A DNA stretch of 64,000 nt from Nemertoderma westbladi (taxonomy: Eukaryota; Animalia; Xenacoelomorpha). The stretch's first letter is position 1; the number at the start of each line of letters is the position of its first letter. A model generated the notes under the pieces. That model was not told where the DNA came from. It saw only the letters and a program-made list of their open reading frames with translations, and searched no databases. Positions 42,592-53,164 of this stretch are shown in pieces. The stretch is from assembly GCA_032718475.1 (NCBI GenBank), contig JAUCBJ010001598.1, positions 62,001 to 126,000 on the forward strand, written 5' to 3'. A program made the translations under genes and the position numbers.

Positions 42592-43650
42592 CCTTACTAT
42601 TGTATTAGCTAATTTACCAGACTAGCTTCCCCACCCTACTATGGTATTGGCTAGTTTACCAGAATAGTTTCCCCGCCCTCATATTGTATTAGCTAATTTA
42701 CCAGACTAGTTTCCCGCCCTCCTATTGTATTAGCTAATTTACCAGACTAGTTTCCCGCCCTCCTATTGTATTAGCTAGTTTACCAGACTAGTTTCCCCGC
42801 CCTCCTATTGTATTAGCTAGTTTAACAGACTAGTTTATCCGCCTTACTATGGTATTGGCTAGTTTAACAGACTAGACCAGACTAGTTTCCTCGCCCTCCT
42901 ATTCTACTGGCTAGTTTCACAGACTAGTTTCCCCGCCCTACTAATTGTATTAGCTAGTTTAACAGACTAGTTTATCCGCCTTACTATTGTATTAGTTAGT
43001 TTACCAGACTAGTTTCCACGCCCTACTATTGTATTGGCTAGTTTACCAGACTAGTTTCCCCTCCCTACTATTGTATTAGCTAGTTTAACAGACTAGTTTA
43101 TCCGCCTTACTATTGTATTGGCTAGTTTACCAGACTAGTTTCCACGCCCTACTATTGTATTGGCTAGTTTACCAGACTAATGTCCCCGCCCTACTAATTG
43201 TATTAGCTAGTTTACCAGACTAGTTTCCTCGCTCTCCTATTCTACTGGCTAGTTTGCCAGACTTTCTTCGCCCTACTATTGTATTGGTTAGTTTACCTGA
43301 ATGAATAGTTTCCCCGCCCTACTATTGTATTGGTTAGTTTACCTAAATAGTTTCCCCGCCCTACTATTGTATTAGTTAATTTACCAGACTAGTTTCCCCG
43401 CCCTACTATTGTATTGGTTAGTTTACCAGACTAGTTTCTCCACCTTACTACTGTATTATATAATTTACCAGACTAGTTTCCACGCTAGTTTCCCCGCCCT
43501 ACTATTCTACAGGCTAGTTTACCAGACTAGTTTCCCTACCCCCCCACCCCCATCCTACTATTTTATTGGCTAGTTTAATTTCCCTTGTATTAACTAGTTT
43601 ACTCGACTATCGTCTACCTCCTATTGTATTGTATTGGTTAGTAGTTTACT
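42592..43650 (+). repeat. Degenerate 42-bp minisatellite (~25 copies) immediately upstream of the 43677 exon
   Basis: Unit ctactattgtattggctagtttaccagactagtttccccgcc; period 42 seen e.g. from 43021 to 43063. Confidence 0.93.
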
Positions 43651-43676
43651 TGTATTATTTAACTTACATACTACAG

Positions 43677-43821
43677 CTGATTCTATTGGCTAGTGGCGGT
43701 CCGCAGGAACTTTTGCGTATAATGCAGAGCTACTCGTACGAGAAGCTACTCTGGACTACGTCCCGAGCACTCAAAGTTCTCAGTGTTTGTCCCAATAATA
43801 AACCGGCAATTGTCACAGCAG
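43677..43821 (+). CDS. CTNNB1: Beta-catenin coding exon ([49 protein letters not shown]), 145 nt
   Basis: Matches [49 protein letters not shown]. Acceptor ctacAG at 43675-43676; donor G|GTTAGT at 43822. Phase 0 to 1. Confidence 0.97.
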
Positions 43822-44534
43822 GTTAGTGTTGGAGCAGCTGTTTTATTGACCTATAAGTATTTGGCTCTATAGATATGTCCTCAGGTAAGTTTATTGAGGT
43901 TCGCTCTTGAAACTCAAGGTGAGTCATTCCCTTATCGCCATGCTTCACCCTTATCGACTGCTATTATCTCATTTTCTCCTGCCTGTTTGAACTTTCTCCT
44001 TTCCCCGACTGTCTGCTTTCTACTCTTCTTGCATGGACATTTTTCTTGCTAGTGTTTCTATCGTTATTTTCATGTTGTATTTGTTCTCTCAAATCTTCCC
44101 AACTTCTAGACTGGGATCTTCCAATGCGGTGGTATTGAGTATCTTGTTGACATCGTTCGTGGGGCCAAGTACGAGAAACTTCTGTGGACATCGAGTCGTG
44201 TTCTTAAAGTACTCAGTGTCGACGGTGACTGTAAAGCAGCCATCGTTCGATTAGGTAATATTAGTACCACGGTCTCTATGGTATGGTATGTGTTACGCCG
44301 TGTCGGTGTGTGTAAATTTTTAGACAGATTGGAAAATGTATATACGTAACCTGGATTTACCTTGGAATTACCTGGGATATAGGGGAGATTCCAATGTTTC
44401 CCAGGTTTTTCGCACGACGCGAGTCTATTTTGTCACTAAGTTATTTTATAAAGTTACTAACTAAGATACGTTATTCGATAAAAAAAAGGTGAGGAAACTG
44501 ATGGTCTATTTCATTAAGTTTAATCCTTCCTTAC

Positions 44535-44660
44535 TTGGTCTGTCTGTCTCTGAATATGTATGTCTGTCTCTGAATATGTCTGTATGTCTTCATCTATGTA
44601 TTTATGTCTGTTTCTATGTATAGGATTTATGTCTGTATGTTTGTATGACTGTCTGTATAA
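44535..44660. repeat. Degenerate (TGTC/TGTA)n tetranucleotide low-complexity tract
   Basis: gtctgtctgtctc...tatgtatgtctgtctc...atgtctgtatgtttgtatgactgtctgtat. Confidence 0.7.
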
Positions 44661-45381
44661 TTAAAATGTTTATCATCTGCTGCTATGAATTCGCTTCAAC
44701 AAAACTTTGTTGGCATAATATTGAGAGAACGTATATGTATTGATCTTAATCTTTTGCTAAATATATCAAAACGCTTAATTAAAATCGACTACGCTTACGT
44801 TTTGCTTTAATTTTCCTCGAAAGTGCTTTGACTGTCCTTCCTGTACATTGTCCATATTCGTTGTCCAGTTGTCCATTGCTTCTATAAGTGCGTAAATGTT
44901 GAAAAAAAAATGGACGATAAGTAAGTTTGGAAGTTTATAACAACGTCTGGAGCGTAAGTGATATAAATGGTTCTTACTCAGGTTGAACTTAGGTAAGTTT
45001 ATGTTAATCTGGTAGGATTAATAAATTATTGTTAATTTAGTTTATAAAAACGATTTGTATTTTATAATTTGTCTTGACAAATGTGAATTTTTTAATCTTT
45101 GTAATCAGTACTGTGTGTACATGATTTGCAGTGTCTTGAGTTTTCGAACCATCTTCACATTTGTTTGTGAGGTCTGAATAAAACAGATTTAAACACGTAA
45201 TAAATAATACCATTTCGTCTTTCCTTTCAATGTCATAATAAAATTGAAAGAGAAACCTTAAAACGTGTGTTTATTAAATCTCAGTCACAAATCTTAACTA
45301 ACTGCAGCAGCTCGGTAGATAGACTTTCACTGCCGTCACCCATTTCTTTATAATGTTTAACCATCCATCTGCTATCTTTAG

Positions 45382-45521
45382 GGGGGATGCAGGCCCTTGG
45401 AGACCATCTGGATCACCCAAGTCACAGACTCGTACAGAACTGTCTGTGGACTCTGCGAAACCTTTCCGATGCCGCTACTAGGGAGGATAACCTAGATAAC
45501 TTACTCTACCGACTTGTATTG
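45382..45521 (+). CDS. CTNNB1: Beta-catenin coding exon ([46 protein letters not shown]), 140 nt
   Basis: Contains the hallmark [18 protein letters not shown]. Acceptor ctttAG at 45380-45381; donor TTG|GTAGGT at 45522. Phase 1 to 0. Confidence 0.95.
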
Positions 45522-45908
45522 GTAGGTTATCATCTACATAATAATAAACTACACAAACTTTTATTTATATTTGTATTCGGTTTGAATTATGTGTTTTTAT
45601 TAACTTGTAGTAGATACAATCTCCGGCAGTTAGTTAGTACTACCAAGGGGAACTTCATTTATTAACAGTTACCATTTAAGGATACAAGGCAGAGATGCGC
45701 TTTGGCTAGTCCCTTTAAATAATTAGTATCTAATTAAAAACTTTTTTTCTGTACATTTTTTCTAATTCGATCTTTGATTTTTATAATTTGTTGTGCAATA
45801 GTGGTATGGGAACGATTCGCCAACATTATCTGAATGGCTAAGTAATTATCAGCCTGCAACTTAATTATCGACTGTACTCCTATATCTTGTTTCATTATAA
45901 ATCTACAG

Positions 45909-46106
45909 ATGTTGAAGAGCCCCGATAGCAACGTCGTCACTTGCGCATGCGGCGTCCTTAGCAACCTCACGTGTAACAACTCGCGTAACAAGATGGTTGT
46001 CGTACAGTCTGGTGGGATCCCGAGTCTGGTAAAGATAATGTTCGGTAACGACAGAGCCGGGGACCCTAACGAAGCCCGAGCCCAGTCCGATACTATCGAA
46101 CCCGCT
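45909..46106 (+). CDS. CTNNB1: Beta-catenin coding exon ([66 protein letters not shown]), 198 nt
   Basis: Matches [21 protein letters not shown]. Acceptor ctacAG at 45907-45908; donor GCT|GTGAGT at 46107. Phase 0 to 0. Confidence 0.96.
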
Positions 46107-46453
46107 GTGAGTTCATTGTTGTGGCCCTAACTCAATATAGACCTAATAGGCATTATCATATTGTTACATTATACATTAATTATACAAATTGTAATTTATA
46201 ATAATAATGCTTAATATTAATATTTACTTAAAGATTACTTTCACGAAGTTACTTAAAATGACAAAAGAAAATATTGTCAGCAAAAATTTACCTAACTCAA
46301 CACAACATAGTTTGCAGATTATTTTCATAGCCTGGAGGATTAACGTTCGACTTTTTTTTTTAGAAAAATCAGTACCAGAATTGGTTTTAAAATTGATCAG
46401 TACATTATAATGATATTTTCATTGTATAATTTAATTTTAACCTGTTCCACTAG

Positions 46454-46699
46454 GTGTGCGCCCTCCGCCATCTCACATCCCGTCACCAGCTGGCCGAGAG
46501 AGCGCAAAACGAAGTCCGGGAACATTACGGACTCCCCGTACTGATTAAAGTCCTACAGCCTCCTAGCAACCGTTGGCCAATCATCAAGGCGGTTATCGGC
46601 CTTATACGCAACTTGGCTTTGTCCCAGGCCAATCACGCCCCCTTGCGGGAGCACGGGGTATTGCCTCGTCTAGTACAACTGCTCCAGAAAGCATACCAG
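46454..46699 (+). CDS. CTNNB1: Beta-catenin coding exon ([82 protein letters not shown]), 246 nt
   Basis: Matches [27 protein letters not shown]...[29 protein letters not shown]. Acceptor cactAG at 46452-46453; donor CAG|GTTCGT at 46700. Confidence 0.97.
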
Positions 46700-46877
46700 G
46701 TTCGTCCGGTAACTATATCGCACTATGTTACACCGAATGCAGCGTCGGGTCTGATAGATAAACAATAATTGCATTACTAATACCAATAATGTTAAAAAAT
46801 TTATTTTAGTTACCAAGACAAATTTCCGTCTATTCATACTACCCAACAAGTAGTTTTATCTCTACTATTTCCACGTT

Positions 46878-47995
46878 GTCCACTATTTTTTTCCTTTTCA
46901 CAGTGTCCACTAATTTCACCCTCTCCACCGTGTTCACTAATTCCTCCCTTTCACTATGTCCACTAATGCCACCCTTGTCACCGTGTCCATTAGTTCACCC
47001 TTCCCCCGTGTCCACTAATTCCTCCCTTTTCACTATGTCCACTAATGCCGCCCTTTTCACCGTGTCCACTAATTCCTCCCTTTTCACTATGTCCACTAAT
47101 GCCGCCCTTTTCACCGTGTCCACTAATGCCGCCCTTTTCACCGTGTCCACTAATGCCACCCTTGTCACAGTGACTATTGATTCACCCTTCCCCGTGCCAC
47201 CTAATTCCTCCCTTTTCACTATGTCCACTAATGCCGCCCTTTTCACCGTGTCCACTAATGCCGCCCTTTTCACGGTGTCCACTAATGTCACCCTTGACAC
47301 AGTGACTATTGATTCCCCCTTTCCCCATGCCCACTAATTCCTCCCTTTTCACTATGTCCACTAATGCCACCCTTTTCACAGTGACCATTAATTCTCCCTT
47401 TCCCCGTGTCCACTAATTCATCCCGTTTCACTGCCTCCACTAGTTTCACCCTTTTCACCGTGTCCATTAGTTCACCCTTCCCCCGTGTCCACTAATTCCT
47501 CCCTTTTCACTATGTCCACTAATGCCGCCCTTTTCACCGTGTCCACTAATGCCACCCTTGTCACAGTGACTGTTGATTCACCCTTCAACCTAGTCCACTA
47601 ATTCCTCCCTTTTCACTATGTCCACTAATGCCGCCCTTTTCACCGTGTCCACTAATGCCGCTCTTTTCACCGTGTGTCCACTAATGCCACCCTTGTCACA
47701 GTGACTATTGATTCACCCTTCCCCGTGCCACCTAATTCCTCCCTTTTCACTATGTCCACTAATGCCGCCCTTTTCACCGTGTCCACTAATGCCGCCCTTT
47801 TCACCGTGTCCACTAATGTCACCCTTGACACAGTGACTATTGATTCCCCCTTTCCCCATGCCCACTAATTCCTCCCTTTTCACTATGTCCACTAATGCCG
47901 CCCTTTTCACCGTGTCCACTAATGCCGCCCTTTTCACAGTGTCACTAATTCATCACTTTTACCCAGTGTCCACTAATTTGCGCCATTTTCACTTT
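46878..47995 (+). repeat. 27-bp minisatellite (~40 copies) ending at the acceptor of the 48009 exon
   Basis: Unit tccactaatgccgcccttttcaccgtg (reads as STNAALFTV in the ORF track). Contains an internal block duplication with ~531 bp offset (47337 vs 47868). Confidence 0.95.
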
Positions 47996-48008
47996 GTCAC
48001 TTTATTAG

Positions 48009-48173
48009 GAACGCCGTTCTAACAATGTCGGACAGCTACCGGCTCTTTACGAGGGTATCAGCATGGACGATATTATCGAAGGTACCGTGGGCGCGCTGCA
48101 TCAGTTAGCGAGAGATAAACACAACCGAGCCTACATCCGCCAGTTACAGTACACCATACCTATATTCGTAGAG
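48009..48173 (+). CDS. CTNNB1: Beta-catenin coding exon ([55 protein letters not shown]), 165 nt
   Basis: Matches [40 protein letters not shown]. Acceptor ttattAG at 48007-48008; donor GAG|GTTAGT at 48174. Phase 0 to 0. Confidence 0.93.
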
Positions 48174-48377
48174 GTTAGTGGTTCTGTACTAGTAGAGATA
48201 AACACAACCGAGCCTACATCCGCCAGTTACAGTACACCATACCTATATTCGTAGAGGTTAGTGGTTCTGTACTAATAAAGATAAACACAACCGAGCCTAC
48301 ATCCGCCAGTTACAGTACACCATACCTATATTCGTAGAGGTTAGTGGTTCTGTACTAATAGAGATTACAACCGAGCC
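48111..48377 (+). repeat. 83-bp tandem triplication (plus partial fourth copy) of the exon 3' end and donor site
   Basis: Units start at 48111, 48194 and 48277, with a partial unit at 48360. Each full unit has 63 nt of exon plus GTTAGTGGTTCTGTACTA(G/A)T. Donor GT at 48174, 48257 and 48340. Confidence 0.97.
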
Positions 48378-48466
48378 AGTTGTATTTAGTTCATATTACC
48401 CATTTTCTGCTTTCTGATCCTCATTTTCCCTAGTAACATAATGATATTATGTTATTTGTTATGCAG

Positions 48467-48623
48467 TTGATCTACATTTACAAGAACAACGATAACATCC
48501 TCCGCGTAACCACGGCAGTTCTCTGCGAGCTGAGTCAGGATAAAGAGGGGGCAGATTATATTGAACAGCAGAATGCTACCCCGGCGATTACAGACCTACT
48601 ACATTCGAAGAACGAAGGAATAG
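48467..48623 (+). CDS. CTNNB1: Beta-catenin coding exon (LIYIYKNNDNILRVTTAVLCELSQDKEGADYIEQQNATPAITDLLHSKNEGI-A), 157 nt
   Basis: Matches [44 protein letters not shown]. Acceptor atgcAG at 48465-48466; donor G|GTAAGT at 48624. Phase 0 to 1. Confidence 0.96.
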
Positions 48624-49085
48624 GTAAGTAGCCAGTATATTTATTCCATTAAAGGATAACATCTTAAATTGATCTGAAAATCCCTCCCTAACGACAACCT
48701 GACAACAACACACGACATTATCGGTCCCTATAATCGAAATACTCTCGGTTCTCGCGCATTTAAATACGCCGTGGGTTTTAACCATAGGTGTACTAAATAA
48801 CAGGTCATGCAGCGAGCTGATTGCTGAAATTAGCGTGGGCCGATCGTTTCCCTATTTATGACACTATTTTCATAATATTTTCTTAGAAACCTCTCTTATG
48901 CAACTTTGGTTAGGTGGATATGATGACTAGGGTTCATAGAAATGTAATAAAATGTCTTTCTGGAATTTTTATCTTGTAGTTGCCAAGGTAACCGGGTGCA
49001 AAGTTCAAATTTCGAGCGCCTGTAATTCAAGACGACAAGGGATTCTTTTCTTGAGATTTGGTATATGAGTAAAGGGAATAAAAGC

Positions 49086-49534
49086 CTATCAAAATATTTT
49101 ACATTTAATTTATTTTTCAATCCCGTTTCCATGGTGACGGGAATTCCAATAATTGACCACCAGATTGAAATTGGGCTACTATTTACTACTTATATAATTT
49201 TCAACAAACATGCCTGGTCTGGTGGCTGTCCTTTATTTCTAATAATTGCTAACCGAAATTTATTATTCTGGAATGTCACAATCATGCTATCACAGGTCTT
49301 GCTCTCTGATTGGACAGTTTGGTTTATTTGCAAATATTGACTTTTAAAAATATGATTCACACTTGACGAATTATAAAATAAAATGTTGGCAATTTTAACT
49401 TATTATTTAGACTTGACAAACCGAATAAAAATGGTGTTTTATAGAATTGGTAGACAATTTTTAAAATTTTTCATTCTACTTATTTCCATGGCAACGGGAA
49501 TGTAAACAAATTCAAATGTTAAATATTTTGATAG
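49086..49534. repeat. Imperfect ~50-bp inverted repeat pair (probable foldback/MITE remnant) containing ccatgg(c/t)(a/g)ac motifs
   Basis: ctatcaaaatattttacatttaatttatttttcaatcccgtttccatgg (49086-49134) aligns with the reverse complement of ccatggcaacgggaatgtaaacaaattcaaatgttaaatattttgatag (49486-49534). Confidence 0.7.
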
Positions 49535-50051
49535 ACAAGTTTCTGCAAATATATAACATACCTATGTGATCATCATATAATTTACAGTTCAGTAAAACTA
49601 CTTGCATTACATTAGCATCGATTTTATCGAGACAGGAAACCCAAGTATAAAGTATAAGGAAATTCTACTTCTTTACATAAAAAAATTATATCTTGAAATT
49701 TCAGTATTATATTTCACATATAATTTTTCTATACTAAAATTTTATGCTCTATTCGGTGGAACCATCCGGTTATGTTTCCAAGACTACCTATAGTGTTAGG
49801 CTTCATATGCATTAAGTGTCATATTTTTAATGAAATGTAGTTTGGCTACAGGAGCTAGAATTTCCAAGAGACTATCATAAAATAAGTAGTCTTACTTGCC
49901 AAATATTGAGTGGTTTTGTCCATAAATATGGTAGTCTTGTAACAATGCCTTCGTGAATACTGTATATAAATTATTGTTAGACCAGTATACATATTTTCTT
50001 GACAAAATAGGTTACATATAAATTGCGTAACTTGTCAACATTTAATAGTCC

Positions 50052-50434
50052 AATAGGCGTACGGGATTGGGGGGGGGGGGGGGGGGGGGGGTGGCAGGGC
50101 AGGGCAGGGCAGGGAGGGCAATAATTGCCCATCCAACAAATGTCTATGGGGCGAATTTACAGGCATAAATAATGAAGGGCGACATTTTTGAGTATTACAA
50201 CTTTTTTTCAAAAATTACTGCAGAGGTTTATGTCCGCTGTTATACCAACCGGTAATGTAAAAGCGTTAGTTTTAACAATGTATTACTGTATTATATTGTT
50301 TAAAAAGTTTGTTTTAAATGTGCAAAATCTCAACATTGTTTAAAAAAATTTCACTCGTTGCGCTCGCTTGTTCCCACCCCCCCCCCCCCCCCCCCCTCCC
50401 CCCTCCCAGTGGAAATACTTCCCGTACGCTTATG
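50052..50434. mobile_element. 383-bp MITE with ~15-bp TIRs, subterminal poly-G/poly-C and 8-bp TSD (hAT-like)
   Basis: Left end aataggcgtacggga, right end tcccgtacgcttatg. Identical flanks aatagtcc at 50044-50051 and 50435-50442. A G-run at ~50069-50091 mirrors a C-run at ~50377-50407. Confidence 0.85.
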
Positions 50435-52915
50435 AATAGTCCCGTAGCCTTGTCCAGATAATTAAATTAATAATTACAGGGTTGTATTGTGACGGGACTG
50501 ACGGAGTTGACAGTATCAGCTCCCGACCGGTGTAGGTTGTACGCGTTATTGCGTCGCTGGCTAATTGCTGGATATGTTAGGCCGAAGGCCGTTGAAGAAC
50601 AGAGAGTTAAATTCTCAGTGTTGATAATCACATCAAGTCTGAATATGATAATATGCAATGCACAGTAACAGTATTAATTGTAACGACAATAACAACGACG
50701 ATCAAAAACTATGCCGGTCTCACAACCGTAAGGGAATCAACTAACCGGTAATCAGTAGTTGCAATGATTATATAATTGACACATATTAGTTTTAGCCCTA
50801 CACTACTGTGCGGCCTCTGGTATCCAATGGATGCGCTCGTATCCTCCCCAATCTGCTTCCCTGCCAACTATTGGCCTAACTATTAGTTGTCACTTCGCCA
50901 CTCCCTGTTGGTGTTTCCCCTTGGTGCTAGCTTGCCTCACTTAGCTGGTTTCCCCCTCTGAGGTGGTTTGACCTCTCACCTCTCTCTGTGGCTACGGCGT
51001 GTGTCGCCCCCCCCCCCCCCCCCCCCGTTGGTTATGAGGTGAGATTATTATTGGTAATCACACATCGCCAACTATATTGGTAAAATGCCACTAGTCCCAT
51101 TTTAGGTGGGTAATGTACGGAATTGAATCCGCTTACATGTATATGTATAGGCATGATTTACTTACTTTGTGATCGTGGATTAGGCCTACGGATATCACAG
51201 TGCATCTCGTTCTAGAGGTTAGGGACATAATATAAAAGGAGCCTGTTTGCACTATTAATTGTCCTGCGGTTGAAGGCCTAATATCGAAATTATGTAATTT
51301 AGTTTGATTGTTAATCAATTTTATATAAATGTAAACGTAATTCTGTAATGTATATATTTTGAATGTTTGGATATTGAAAGATCTATCTATACTGAAAGCA
51401 GATTTCATTATGTCGTATCATTTATGTAGAGCTCTGTAGAGTTCCGTAAGTATATATAGTGTGTGTTTAATAATCAAACTTGGGCAACTTAATGCCCCTG
51501 TTGAAGGATAACCTTCCACTACTGCACCATTTAAATATAACCCACTGACATACAGCACAATATAAACAAAAGTACACTACACATACAGTACATAATTCAA
51601 TATTACAGTAGTTAGTTAGTTAAACTGCATAAACCAAATAGAATATTAGATATCTGCTTCTTACAATGCAACGGCACGTAGTTTAAACGCGTGAAAAATA
51701 TACCTGGCAATATCCAAAATTACATTTGGCGTTTTTGTACCCATTGGCTCAGTATATTTAAAAATACTCGGGTAGACCGTATATCTTCTACCTATAAATA
51801 CCTGCATCGCAGGTAATAACCTGCATAATGGCTACAAACTAAAATAGTTAGCTATAATTGTTGGATTTAGGCTCATCAATAATAGTGTTAGTGAATGAAC
51901 AGTTAGGTACGTAACGTAGGGCTTAAAGATGAAATACTCTGTACCTTAAATGAAGCGATGAATTTTTAACTTTTATATGTAGTACCTTACCGTGTTAACA
52001 CCGTTCACATTATCTGAGGATCATAATAAATCTTAATTAATGATAATGATGAATTATAATAATATAAACTTCATGATGCTCGTGTCATTCATCTTTTGTC
52101 TTTTATGGGCCATGTGACATTCCTAGATAACATATTTTGGGAAATAAGCAAGTTTCCAAGGTTACAATGTAGTCTTGGAAGTTGTACAAGACTACAAAAT
52201 AACTAACAAACGATAGTACATGTATTTAATATTTTGAAGTAGGGAAGAATATTAATTGAATTAACTGAATCATTTCAATGTTTTTGTTCAAACATTTAAA
52301 CAATTTCACAAGGGGGGGGGGGGGGGGGGGGGGTATCAGGAAGCTTAAAAAAACAAAACAACCTGTAAATTACTTAATGAGTTATTATGTTAATTATATA
52401 CTATGATATTTACATTATTCATATTCATACATCAGAAAAACTTATTATTTTTATTCGAATTTCAACAACATAAGCTCCGGATTGGCTCCGGGTTAATTTG
52501 CCCGGAGCCGGAGCCGGAGCTGGAGCATCCCTAGTCCGCATTAACGGTAATGTTTGAAATGCGCTCCGGTGCTCATTTAGTGCTTAACGTGTTAAAGGAC
52601 TTGTTCAACATTATAACACGACAATAATTAACACGTGCTTTCAAATCATTTATCCGATTAAATTTTCTGTCCATTTTTGTTTTAGCCTGTTTAAAGTTTT
52701 CCGTATTATTATAAATCTACTTTAAACAAGTCAGAGGACTCCATTTCTGGAGTGTTTCAAAAATTTTAATTAACAAATTTTAATAAGTTATTGTGACTGC
52801 AAGGTTATTGTGCAGCACTTTGGTTGTGACTTGTGAACCATGTGGCTCGTGTTCTAGAAGGTTACCATGTAGGGCATTCCATATTACTAATTATTTGTTT
52901 ATTTAATCTCCATAG

Positions 52916-53164
52916 CAACCTACGCCGCTGCAATCCTATTCCGTATGTCGGAAGATAAGCCGAACGACTACCGTAAGCGACTGAGCGTAGAGCTATCGAG
53001 CAGTTTAACCCGGGGCGACGAGTGGGGTGGAGACGCGGGTATGGATCAAGGGGGCTTCCCGCCTGGCCCCCCCGAGGAAGGTATGTGGAGTGGGGCGACG
53101 GCTGCCTCTCCAGCCGATACTAAACACCACCACCTACACGGTACACCGCACACACCTGCTTCAG
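52916..53164 (+). CDS. CTNNB1: Beta-catenin coding exon, end of the arm domain and start of the C-terminal tail ([41 protein letters not shown]...); 3' end either 53080 or 53164
   Basis: Matches [33 protein letters not shown]. Acceptor ccatAG at 52914-52915. Two phase-1 donors: G|GTATGT at 53081 and G|GTGAGC at 53165. Confidence 0.93.

Noticed and set aside
40750-44254. Short AT-rich intronic ORFs (40750, 41208, 41715, 41743, 43964, 44033)
   Set aside because: No recognisable domains, low-complexity composition, and location within intron or transposon-remnant sequence.
46876-48022. ORFs on both strands with STNAALFTV / VDTVKRAAL repeats (antifreeze- or mucin-like appearance)
   Set aside because: They are translations of a 27-bp (triplet-multiple) intronic minisatellite, with frameshifts between blocks and no gene structure.
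52470-52535. gctccgg/ccggagc repeats ending in catccctag, resembling one end of a hAT-type MITE
   Set aside because: No matching opposite terminus or TSD could be identified, so it is not called as an element.
39525-53164. Pseudogene interpretation of the beta-catenin locus
   Set aside because: All eight exons are stop-free, phases are mutually compatible, and splice dinucleotides are canonical. Expression itself cannot be shown from sequence.
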